Source of the DNA: Candidatus Parvarchaeum sp.
GTDB lineage: Archaea; Nanobdellota; Nanobdellia; Parvarchaeales; Parvarchaeaceae
NCBI GenBank assembly: GCA_049965555.1
Contig: JBMFWF010000007.1
Coordinates: 1 to 47,799 of the forward strand
Reading direction: 5' to 3'
DNA length: 47,799 bases
Below are positions 39,335 through 47,799 of this stretch, piece after piece. A model generated the notes under the pieces. That model searched no databases and was not told the DNA's origin. It worked only from the letters and a program-made list of their open reading frames with translations. How positions within the stretch are numbered: position 1 is the first letter of the stretch; every line of letters begins with the position of its first letter. A program made the position numbers and the translations under genes.

Positions 39335-39637
39335 ATGACAGAAGTTTGTCCAGTTTGTGGTCTTCCAAAAGACCTTTGTATCTGCGGGACCATTTCGCAG
39401 GAAACGCAAAAAATAAAGATTTACACTAAAAAGGTTTCTTTCAAAAAGATGGTTACTATTATAAGTGGCCTTGATCCAAAGGCCGTTAATATAAAAGACC
39501 TTACAAAGACCTTGAAAACAAAGATAGCCTGCGGCGGAACATTCAAGGATGGTGTGATAGAGTTACAGGGAGAGCATGTAGATAAAGTAAAGGACATACT
39601 TATCAGCCAAGGTTTCCCAGAGTCTTCTTTCTCTTAG
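39335..39637 (+). CDS. Translation initiation factor aIF1 (SUI1)
   Basis: CPVCGLPKDLCIC, ACGGT, IELQGEH; ATG at 39335 (in-frame TTG at 39317). Confidence 0.95.
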   Translation: MTEVCPVCGLPKDLCICGTISQETQKIKIYTKKVSFKKMVTIISGLDPKAVNIKDLTKTLKTKIACGGTFKDGVIELQGEHVDKVKDILISQGFPESSFS

Positions 39638-41085
39638 ATTACTTTATTAAAGAGATTTTCTCCCCTTTCCACTTTTGTAGTGAATTCTCTGAAAACTGCA
39701 TCTGACAAGGACTGTGCTTTTACACCCAATTTCCTTTCTATTTTCTCTGCAGTTGATGGCATAAAAGGCTTCAAAAATATTGCAGAAATCCTTATCGCCT
39801 CCAATGAATTGTAAAGTACTTCGGCCAATTCTTTACCCTGTAGTTTCCAGGGCTCTTTGTCATTTATGTATTTGTTTATTTTTCTTATGCCTTCGAATAC
39901 AAGGTTTAATGCAGAATAGAGATCCTTCTTTTCGAAGCTTTCGATTATTTCCTGCTTTTTTATAAAATCCTTCAGTTCTGCATTGCCTTCTATCTTTCCT
40001 TCAAATCTTTCTGCGATAGTTAAAATCCTAGCAACTAAGTTGCTTAGATTTGCCATAAGCTCCCCATTTATTCTTTCTTTTAATGCTGATTCTGAAAAAT
40101 CGCCATCTTCCCATGTCGGTTTTTCTCTCAATAAAAAGTACCTGAATGCATCTGCAGAATATTTATCCGCCATCTCTATTGGATCTACAACATTGCCCAA
40201 TGACTTACTCATTTTTCTGCCCTCAACTGTCCACCAGCCGTGTGCCATTACATTTTTTGGAATAGGTAAATCAGCAGAAAGAAGCATGGCCGGCCAGATT
40301 ACTGAATGAAACCAGACTATTTCCTTGCCTACTAAATGTACATCCGCTGGCCAGAAATCCTTAAATTCACTGCCTTCTGGCCAGTTCAATGCACTTAGAT
40401 AATTAAGCAGGGCATCAAACCAAACATAGATGGAATGGCTTTCATCAAATGGAAACTTTATACCCCATGAAACGCTCTTTCTGGTTATATCTAAATCCTT
40501 CAAATCTCCATTAAGCCTGCTTAATATTTCATTTGCATTTTTTTCCGGAATTATCAAACCGTTTTTTATAAGCTCCACTATCTGCTCTTTGTATTTGCTT
40601 AATCTGAAGAAATAGGCTTCTTCCTTTATTTTCTGAACGTCTCTGCCGCAATCAGGACATTTGCCATTTACAAGCTCTGTTTCAGTTATGTATCTTTCAT
40701 CTGGAAGGCAATAAAATCCCTCATATTCGCCTTTGTATATATCTCCTTTATCCCACACTTTTTTTACGAATTCCTTTACTGCAGATTCGTGGTACTCATC
40801 AGTCGTTCTTATGAATTTGTCATATGATATATTAAGCTTTTCCCACGCAACCTTGTATCTCTGAGAATTTTCATCGACAAGCTCTTTTGGTGTTTTACCT
40901 TTTTCATTGGCAGCTTTTTCTATCTTGCCCCCATGCTCATCAGTACCGGTCAAAAAGAAAACTTTTTCATTGTTTAGCCTATGCCATCTTGCCAATACAT
41001 CTGCGATTATAGTGGTATACGCATGCCCAATATGTGGCTTGTCATTGACATAGTAAATCGGCGTAGTTACGTAAAATTTTTCCAT
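39634..41085 (-). CDS. metG: Methionine--tRNA ligase (bacterial MetRS1-like, short form)
   Basis: TTPIYYVNDKPHIGHAY, GTDEHG, YVWFDAL, KMSKSLGN. True start is ATG 41085; the longer ORF overlaps the tRNA. Confidence 0.95.
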   Translation of the reverse strand: MEKFYVTTPIYYVNDKPHIGHAYTTIIADVLARWHRLNNEKVFFLTGTDEHGGKIEKAANEKGKTPKELVDENSQRYKVAWEKLNISYDKFIRTTDEYHESAVKEFVKKVWDKGDIYKGEYEGFYCLPDERYITETELVNGKCPDCGRDVQKIKEEAYFFRLSKYKEQIVELIKNGLIIPEKNANEILSRLNGDLKDLDITRKSVSWGIKFPFDESHSIYVWFDALLNYLSALNWPEGSEFKDFWPADVHLVGKEIVWFHSVIWPAMLLSADLPIPKNVMAHGWWTVEGRKMSKSLGNVVDPIEMADKYSADAFRYFLLREKPTWEDGDFSESALKERINGELMANLSNLVARILTIAERFEGKIEGNAELKDFIKKQEIIESFEKKDLYSALNLVFEGIRKINKYINDKEPWKLQGKELAEVLYNSLEAIRISAIFLKPFMPSTAEKIERKLGVKAQSLSDAVFREFTTKVERGENLFNKVI

Positions 41086-41113
41086 TATATTTTCGATGCC
41101 ACTAATTTTTTTA

Positions 41114-41189
41114 TAGCGGAGGTGGGATTTGAACCACACGACCTCTGGGTTATGAGCCCAGCGAGCACTCCTGGCTGCTCTACTCCGCT
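41114..41189 (-). tRNA. Initiator tRNA-Met(CAT)
   Basis: A1:U72, three G-C pairs in the anticodon stem (GGG-CTCATAA-CCC), archaeal initiator D-arm. Confidence 0.93.
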
Positions 41190-41275
41190 TTGATTTATTT
41201 AATAGTCTCTCCTTATTTAATAACTTTTACTAAAATACAGAATAGTTATTTAAACTATGTATTCTTTCTAATAAT

Positions 41276-41911
41276 ATGTCAATAGTCATATCACTGGGCG
41301 GCTCATTTCTATTTGACAAGAAGAGGGAGACTTCTTTGCTTTTCAATGAATTAAAAAAATTAAATGAAAAATTTTTAGTTATAACAGGCGGTGGCCCCAT
41401 TGCAAGAGAATACATAGATTTTTCCAAAGAGTTCAATCTCAGCGAAAAGGAATTGCATACTGTTGGAATAAAGTGCACACACATAAACGCATGGGTAATG
41501 TCAAAGGCATTCAAAACAGATTACACGGATAATGACCCTAGGAAGATAAAAATAAACAAAAAGATAACGCTTACAGGGGGTTACCTTCCAGGATGGACAA
41601 CCGATACTTGCGCAGCGTATGCTGCAGTTTCAACGCATTCTAAGGTTATATTCAACATGTCTAAGGAAACAGGAGTTTATGACAAAGACCCTAGAAAATT
41701 CAAGGATGTGAAACTGCTTAAAAACATAAACTTTGAAAAGCTTTATACACTTACAAAAGGGAAGCGTATTCCAGGAATGAACTTTATATTTGATCCTTTA
41801 GCAGCAAAAATATGCAAAAAGAACAATATAGAAGTTGTGGTTACAAGCGATATTGAAGACATAAAAAGATACCTTCAAAATAAGGAAATAAATGGCACAA
41901 TTATAAGATAA
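41276..41911 (+). CDS. pyrH: UMP kinase
   Basis: ISLGGS, TGGG.IAREY, GG..PGWTTD, GVYDKDP, FDPLA. Confidence 0.93.
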   Translation: MSIVISLGGSFLFDKKRETSLLFNELKKLNEKFLVITGGGPIAREYIDFSKEFNLSEKELHTVGIKCTHINAWVMSKAFKTDYTDNDPRKIKINKKITLTGGYLPGWTTDTCAAYAAVSTHSKVIFNMSKETGVYDKDPRKFKDVKLLKNINFEKLYTLTKGKRIPGMNFIFDPLAAKICKKNNIEVVVTSDIEDIKRYLQNKEINGTIIR

Positions 41912-41942
41912 GCTTTTATACTACTATATATATTATTCTAAA

Positions 41943-43991
41943 ATGCAACTAATAATAGCAGAAAAAAGCACGGCTGCCGAAACCATTGCAAAAAATCTGG
42001 CAGAAACAAAGATAAAGACAGAAGAATTCGGGCCGGTAAAGGTTTGGTACACGAAGATAAATGGTGAAGAAACCATCGTAATGCCGCTTAAAGGCCATAT
42101 TAAAAATGTAAGATACCCGGAGACATTCAAAAAATGGAATGAAGAGAGTTTAATGAAGATGATAGACGCGAAACTAGTCTATACACCTGCTGCCGAGGAA
42201 AACATCGCCGTCATAAAAAAATTCGCCAAAAAAGCAGATAAGATAATAATAGCTACAGACTATGATACAGAAGGAGAATCAATAGGATTCGAAGCAATTG
42301 ATGTAGCAAGAGAAGAAAACAACAAAGCAAAGATATACCGAAGCGTGTTCTCATCGCTTACTGCAAAGGAATTAACGGAAGCGTTTAAAAACCTGCAAAA
42401 GCCCAATAAAGACCTATCAGACAGCGCAGATGCAAGAAGAGAGATTGACCTTATACTTGGAGCGGTTTTAACAAGGTTCATATCGCTTGCAGCCGAAAGG
42501 CTTGGAAATTCATTTCTGTCTGTAGGCAGAGTACAGACGCCAACACTTGCCCTCATTGTAAGCAGAGATGCAGAAAGGAGGGCATTCAAGCCTGAAAAGT
42601 ACTGGAGATTCCTGGCTACAGTGCAAGGAAAGGATTTTGCTTTTGTATCTGAATACAAGGACGGAAAGATATTCGATGAAAAGACTGCGGAAAAACTGAG
42701 AAAAATAAAAAATGAGAAACAAGCAGTAATAACAAAGGTTGAAAAGAAAAGAAAGAAAGTAAGTCCTCCAAAGCCATTTAATACTACCTCTTTCCTAAGA
42801 AGCGCAGCTGCAATAGGTTTTTCAGTACCTAATGCCATGCGTATAGTACAGGGCCTGTACATGAAAGGTTATGTTTCTTATCCTAGAACAGACAGCGAAG
42901 CATACCCACCAACATTGGATTTAAAGGAGATACTTAATGAATTGAATAATTCAAGTGCATATTCAAAGACTGTTGCGGAGATATTGAAAAGGCCATTAAA
43001 CCCTTCTAAAGGGAAAGAAGCCAAAGACCATCCTCCAATACATCCAGTAAAACTACCTTCTGAAAAATTAAATCCACAGGAGGCAAGAATATTTGATTTA
43101 ATAAGCAGAAGATTTTTGGCAACATTATCTGAGGAATCTGAAGAAGAGATAATATCAGTAAAAATGGACATAAAAGGGAATGAATTCACTGCTAGAGGCA
43201 GCAGGATACTTGTACCTGGGTGGAGATCAATTTACACATTTTCAAAATACGAAGAGAACATACTTCCAGAAATAAAGGAAGGTGAAAGCTTAAAAATAAA
43301 GGAGATAAATGAAAGCGAGGATTTTACAACCCCTCCTGGAAATTATTCACAAGGGGCCATATTGAAGATAATGGAAGAGCTAAATCTGGGTACAAAGGCC
43401 ACAAGGCCAGAAATACTTAAAAAACTAATGGAGAGGAGGTACATTTCGGCAAGCAGAACACTTATACCAAGCGAGGTAGCATTTGCGGTTATAGAAAACC
43501 TGAAAAAAGTATCAAATGACATAACTGGGCCAGAATTAACTGCAACCATCGAGAAGGAAATGAAAAAGATAGAAGAAGGGGAAAAGAAAAAAGAAGAAGT
43601 AGTCGATGAGTCTAGGGAGATGCTTAAGGAAGTGCTTAAAAAACTGCAAAGCAAGAGAAAAGAGATAAAAGAACTAATGCATAAAGCTCTTTTACAGCAG
43701 TACATCTTCGGGGTTTGTCCTAAAAGCGGCGGAAAACTAAAATTAGTTGTTTCAAAGAAAAGCCATAAACGTTTTGTAGGCTGCAGTGATTACCCAAAAT
43801 GCCATTTTGGCATGCCTTTACCGCAATCAGGTTACTTTTTTATATCACCGCAGACCTGTCCAAAATGCGGGATACATATGATAGAGTGGCATGCAAAAGA
43901 AAGCAAAAGGACTTATATATTCTGTGTAAACCCTGCATGTAAAGTTGAAAAGAAAGAAAAGGCCGGCGCAAAAGAAAAAGCTAAAAAATAA
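41943..43991 (+). CDS. topA: Type IA DNA topoisomerase with C-terminal Zn ribbons
   Basis: IAEK, ATDYDTEGE, GRVQTPTL, SYPRTD, HPPIHP, LGTKATR. Confidence 0.96.
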   Translation: MQLIIAEKSTAAETIAKNLAETKIKTEEFGPVKVWYTKINGEETIVMPLKGHIKNVRYPETFKKWNEESLMKMIDAKLVYTPAAEENIAVIKKFAKKADKIIIATDYDTEGESIGFEAIDVAREENNKAKIYRSVFSSLTAKELTEAFKNLQKPNKDLSDSADARREIDLILGAVLTRFISLAAERLGNSFLSVGRVQTPTLALIVSRDAERRAFKPEKYWRFLATVQGKDFAFVSEYKDGKIFDEKTAEKLRKIKNEKQAVITKVEKKRKKVSPPKPFNTTSFLRSAAAIGFSVPNAMRIVQGLYMKGYVSYPRTDSEAYPPTLDLKEILNELNNSSAYSKTVAEILKRPLNPSKGKEAKDHPPIHPVKLPSEKLNPQEARIFDLISRRFLATLSEESEEEIISVKMDIKGNEFTARGSRILVPGWRSIYTFSKYEENILPEIKEGESLKIKEINESEDFTTPPGNYSQGAILKIMEELNLGTKATRPEILKKLMERRYISASRTLIPSEVAFAVIENLKKVSNDITGPELTATIEKEMKKIEEGEKKKEEVVDESREMLKEVLKKLQSKRKEIKELMHKALLQQYIFGVCPKSGGKLKLVVSKKSHKRFVGCSDYPKCHFGMPLPQSGYFFISPQTCPKCGIHMIEWHAKESKRTYIFCVNPACKVEKKEKAGAKEKAKK

Positions 43992-43992
43992 A

Positions 43993-44018
43993 ATCTGATA
44001 GTAAAAATACTATCAGAT
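43993..44018. terminator. Perfect 11-4-11 inverted repeat between convergent topA and tuf
   Basis: atctgatagta-aaaa-tactatcagat. Confidence 0.5.
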
Positions 44019-44029
44019 CAATAATTTCT

Positions 44030-45310
44030 TTAAGTCTTAGCTACAAGATCTATGCATCTTCCAGCTGCTATTGTTAAACCCATATCCCTGATAGCAAAAC
44101 CAGCGAGTTGAGGTATAACATCAGCTTTCTCGATTGAAAGAGGCTTTAGTGGTTCCAGAACGACTATTGCGGCATCTCCCTGCTTAATTGTTGCAGGATT
44201 CTCTTCTGCGGTCTGTCCTGTCTTTGGATCCAACCTTCTAAGTATCTTTTTGAACTTTACTGGAACCTGTGCAGTATGTGCATGAAGTACTGGACTATAG
44301 CCTGCAGATATAGCTGTTGGATGGTTAAGGACAATTATCTGAGCGGTAAACTCAGTTGCAACTGTCGGTGGTGCTGATACCAATCCAACTACATCTCCTC
44401 TTTTAACCTGTTCTTTTTCTACACCTCTGACATTGAAACCTATGTTGTCACCTGGCGCGGCCTGATCGAGATTCTGATAGTGCATCTGTATAGACTTTAC
44501 CTCCGCAGTAACATGTGAAGGCTCAAAGATTATCTTGTCACCTGGCTTCATAATACCGCTTACAACTTTACCTACTGGAACTGTTCCTACTCCTTGTATT
44601 GAGTAAACATCTTCTATAGGTATTCTTAATGGCAACTGTGTAGGCCTCTCTGGTAAAGGAAGATTGTTTAAAGCCTCTAATAATGTTGGGCCAGTGTACC
44701 AAGGCATTTTGTCGCTTTTAACTTTAAGATTCTCGCCGTTCTTAGATGAAATCGGTATGTAATTTAAGCTCTCTGCGTTTGGATAGGATGCTTTAACTAC
44801 TTTCATTACTGCATCTTTTACTTCTTTGTATTTTGCTTCATCGTAGTTCAAAAGGTCCATCTTATTCATTGCAACTATAAGATTCTTTATACCGAATACC
44901 CTTGCCAAGTAAACGTGCTCTCTTGTCTGCTGCATTACTCCTTCTTTGGCGTCAACTACCAAAACAGCCGCATCTGCTTCAGAAGCACCAGTAATCATAT
45001 TTTTAATAAAGTCAACGTGTCCTGGTGCATCAATTATTGTAAATTCATATTTATCTGTAACGAATTTTTCATGACTTAAGTCAATTGTTACACCCTTCTT
45101 CCTCTCTTCACCAGATGTATCTAAGAAATAAGCAAACTCAAAGTCTACTTTTCCTAAGGTCTCAATATCCTTCTGGATCTTTGCCTTATCTTGCTCACTA
45201 AAGCTTCCTGTTTCATAAAGCAATCTTCCTACTGTAGTAGACTTACCTGAGTCTACGTGCCCTATGAAAATCAAATTCATGTGTGGTTTAGTTTCTGCCA
45301 TATTTTTCAT
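44030..45310 (-). CDS. tuf: Elongation factor 1-alpha
   Basis: GHVDSGKST, DAPGH, NKMD, LRIPIEDVYSI, FAIRDMG; GGAGG SD (start 45310 or 45301). Confidence 0.98.
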   Translation of the reverse strand: MKNMAETKPHMNLIFIGHVDSGKSTTVGRLLYETGSFSEQDKAKIQKDIETLGKVDFEFAYFLDTSGEERKKGVTIDLSHEKFVTDKYEFTIIDAPGHVDFIKNMITGASEADAAVLVVDAKEGVMQQTREHVYLARVFGIKNLIVAMNKMDLLNYDEAKYKEVKDAVMKVVKASYPNAESLNYIPISSKNGENLKVKSDKMPWYTGPTLLEALNNLPLPERPTQLPLRIPIEDVYSIQGVGTVPVGKVVSGIMKPGDKIIFEPSHVTAEVKSIQMHYQNLDQAAPGDNIGFNVRGVEKEQVKRGDVVGLVSAPPTVATEFTAQIIVLNHPTAISAGYSPVLHAHTAQVPVKFKKILRRLDPKTGQTAEENPATIKQGDAAIVVLEPLKPLSIEKADVIPQLAGFAIRDMGLTIAAGRCIDLVAKT

Positions 45311-45671
45311 TCCTCCTTTTTATCATTTTATCAATTTTGATATACTATAAAGAAGTGTTTATTATTTAAATCTTTTGGTATATGTGAGGCTGTTACATAA
45401 TTCATTTCCAGACAGCCTACAATAAATAATAAATCAAGCGAATGCCTGCTTTTTTGTTGTTTTTAATGTAACAAGAAAGTAAAGTAATCTAAGGAAAGAA
45501 ATGAGCATTAAATGTTGACTTACAACAAGCTGCTAAAGGTCACTTAAATCCTAAGCCGTTTAGGACAAAGTATTGATATCTACTTAGATTTAGGTTTAAC
45601 TTAGGAGTTATGCAAGTCTTATTAATAATTAATTAGAGTTGTATTTGTGATATTAAAATTAATTAAAAAGT

Positions 45672-47798
45672 TTAGCAGCTACCGATAGCATACCAATCTA
45701 AAGTTACCAGCTGTCCTGCTGACGCACTACCTGTATCTGTATATGGTGGAGTTAGAGGGCTAGCTGTGGATGCAGTAAATACCTCTCCTACAGATGGAGA
45801 ACAAACAGCGGGAACTGAATATGAGTAAGAATTCCCAGGGGCAACTGCAAATGTTATATTCTGTGAAGAAGAACCTTCATTATACCCTGCGTAGGTAACT
45901 CCCCAACTGGTACCGCTCGGCAAACCTATCGATTCAAATTTTACAGTCACTGGGGTAGTTATAACCCCTCCGATTGTAGTACCATTATTATTTAAAGTGA
46001 TAGAAAGACTGCTGGAGTCTGGATTCTCTGTAGAAGTACCATATAAGGTTGCATCACTAGTACAAGAACCGCCACTGCCTTGCGGACAGTTCAATGTATA
46101 AAGCCAGGACCAAGGAAATGCATAACTGGAATTATAAGCCCCATCATAATAAGAACCTAAGAGATCATCATCGATAGTAAATGTTGGAATTGTATTTACA
46201 TTACTTAGGTTCAACATAGCAAATTTATTAGAAGATGAACCGCCAGTGCCTGCATAAATAAAATCAGTATGGCCTACATTATATACTCTAAATGGAATGT
46301 ACTGCTGTGTCCACACTGAAGCTCCTATAGCAGAGCTTAAATCTATTGTACAATCCTGGCAACTTCCATTTGACGCCCAATAGGCGGCTATCTCTGCATT
46401 TCCACCCGAAAGAGCTGTATAATACATACCACTCACATACATCTCCTCATTATTAGGATCATATACTGGATTGCCACCAAAACTTGAAGTCGAAGTCCAA
46501 GGGCTTCCTAGATAATTATTTAATGCTGCCCCGCTATTAGCTTGGACTACTGCAATTTCAGGTGTGCCAGAAGAAGTATAAGTAGGTATCCATAAAGTAT
46601 TAGTATCTGGATTATAACCCATCTGAAAAGTCAAATCATTTCCACTTATAGAGGTATTTGTACTAAGATAACTTTCTCCAGAGATTACATTTACAGTATC
46701 ACTACCTAAACCTATCTCATTCAGAACAAATACAAGACCATTTGCATATGTTAAAATCAGGGGATAGGCATCCTTATAAGGCGGATTAATAACTGCTACC
46801 TCCGAATCGGTAGAATCATTTACAACGATAATATCTCCATTTACTAAAGCAATATAATAAAGATTATTTTCAGGGTTATAAACTATTGATGAAGCATCCC
46901 TTCCAGAGTAAGCTTTTGTATTTGACCCTGGGCTTGTTTCAACAGTCTGTGTATAATCTGCATTAGGTAATGGAAATTCACTAAACACTTCATTTCCTGC
47001 TATCATCGTATAACATTTCCAATTTGCTCCTAAATTAACGCTACTTCCCATCTGCGCATTTCCGGAACTGCCAACACATAAAACATTGTTCTGAGTAAAT
47101 GGCTGTTGATAAGGATAAACTCCAACATTTGAAACGCCGTTATTTGAGATAGTTATTTCATTTGAAGAAACCCCCTCCCCTCTTTTTCCATCGAATTTGA
47201 TAGTCCACTGAGTAGAAAATTGCTGCATGCCAACAGAAGCTCCACTATCTAAAAATGTTGTGGTGCAGTTCCATGAACTGAAGGTGTAACTGCCGCCGAG
47301 GGCTATGGAAGGAGTATAGTAGGAGACGCATGCAAGATTGTCGCTTTTTGCTGAAGCAGTGTATGATACCTGCGCATTCTTCACGTTATTAGTGGTTATC
47401 GATATAGATGAGCCTGTCGAACCACTATTAGTAGTTCCATTGTAGCTCACTTGCCATGTCTGACCGCTTGGCAAGCCTGTCTCTGAAAATGTAGTTATGC
47501 ATGTCCATGTTGTGAATGTGCCACTAGAACCCTGCTCTACAGTTATGTCTGGATTTGAATAACAGTCTAATTGGCTGCTTTTTGCCGATGCTGAATACGA
47601 TGAAACTGTTGTTATGCCAGTCTGTATTATTGATATCTGAGAGCCTGTGGATACTGCTGAACTTGATAAACTGTCATAGCTAGAAATGTACCACTGCTGG
47701 TTGCTTGGCAAGCCTGTCTCTGAAAATGTTGTGGTGCAGTTCCATGAACTGAAGGTGTAACTGCCGCCGAGGGCTATGGAAGGAGTATAGTAGGAGAC
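45672..47798 (-). CDS. Large Ser/Thr-rich surface protein (5' partial): F.E.GLP.G..W.V repeats plus YVTN/YncE-like beta-propeller
   Basis: Frame is open to the window end (VSYYTPSIALGGSYTFSSWNCTTTFSETGLPS..). Blades YNPENN, YNPDTN, YDPNNE; FSETGLPS and FESIGLPSG repeats. Confidence 0.8.
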   Translation of the reverse strand, partial: VSYYTPSIALGGSYTFSSWNCTTTFSETGLPSNQQWYISSYDSLSSSAVSTGSQISIIQTGITTVSSYSASAKSSQLDCYSNPDITVEQGSSGTFTTWTCITTFSETGLPSGQTWQVSYNGTTNSGSTGSSISITTNNVKNAQVSYTASAKSDNLACVSYYTPSIALGGSYTFSSWNCTTTFLDSGASVGMQQFSTQWTIKFDGKRGEGVSSNEITISNNGVSNVGVYPYQQPFTQNNVLCVGSSGNAQMGSSVNLGANWKCYTMIAGNEVFSEFPLPNADYTQTVETSPGSNTKAYSGRDASSIVYNPENNLYYIALVNGDIIVVNDSTDSEVAVINPPYKDAYPLILTYANGLVFVLNEIGLGSDTVNVISGESYLSTNTSISGNDLTFQMGYNPDTNTLWIPTYTSSGTPEIAVVQANSGAALNNYLGSPWTSTSSFGGNPVYDPNNEEMYVSGMYYTALSGGNAEIAAYWASNGSCQDCTIDLSSAIGASVWTQQYIPFRVYNVGHTDFIYAGTGGSSSNKFAMLNLSNVNTIPTFTIDDDLLGSYYDGAYNSSYAFPWSWLYTLNCPQGSGGSCTSDATLYGTSTENPDSSSLSITLNNNGTTIGGVITTPVTVKFESIGLPSGTSWGVTYAGYNEGSSSQNITFAVAPGNSYSYSVPAVCSPSVGEVFTASTASPLTPPYTDTGSASAGQLVTLDWYAIGSC

Positions 47799-47799
47799 G
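47252..47799. repeat. Intragenic tandem repeat, 471-nt period with an about 237-nt sub-unit
   Basis: 47252-47328 is identical to 47723-47799 (77 nt); 47466-47492 is identical to 47703-47729 (27 nt). Confidence 0.92.

Noticed and set aside
41086-41139. N-terminal extension of MetRS in the ORF track
   Set aside because: Overlaps the initiator tRNA; homology starts at MEKFYVTTP (41085).
1277-41189. Intron-containing or split tRNAs, given endA
   Set aside because: All four tRNAs fold as uninterrupted 72-76 nt cloverleaves.
1627-43705. Many 60-200 aa antisense ORFs (e.g. 3256-3660, 20083-20511, 42260-42862)
   Set aside because: Shadows of well-conserved genes, with Ser/Phe/Leu-rich antisense composition.
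45387-45420. aggctgt/acagcct inverted repeat upstream of tuf
   Set aside because: Only 7 bp with a long loop; cannot be distinguished from chance.
47252-47799. CRISPR array
   Set aside because: Repeats are in-frame coding units with 237/471-nt periods; no spacers or cas genes.

Overview
AT-rich archaeal chromosome segment with a compact, DPANN-like gene set. The best match by gene content is Parvarchaeota (ARMAN-4/5-like); this is inferred, not checked against a database. Most of the window is housekeeping: CCA-adding enzyme, Lhr helicase, SAM synthetase, aRF1, tRNA splicing endonuclease, aIF2-alpha/Nop10/Nre, a split S10-spc ribosomal cluster with SecY, pyruvate kinase, two dTMP kinases, PolD DP1, ArgRS, aIF1, MetRS, PyrH, TopA, EF-1alpha and four tRNAs. 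Three accessory zones stand out. (1) The left end, where a GC-richer MFS/TetR fragment is fused tail-to-tail to a truncated tyrosine integrase beside tRNA-Asn. (2) 29.2-34.6 kb, with class III signal peptide (pilin-like) DUF2341-type adhesins in which unrelated variable domains sit between two nucleotide-conserved flanks, suggesting cassette exchange. (3) The right end, a partial tandem-repeat/beta-propeller surface protein. Features missing from the ORF track include a box C/D sRNA, nop10 and a 38-aa basic ORF. The IMPDH-like gene carries GMP reductase signatures.
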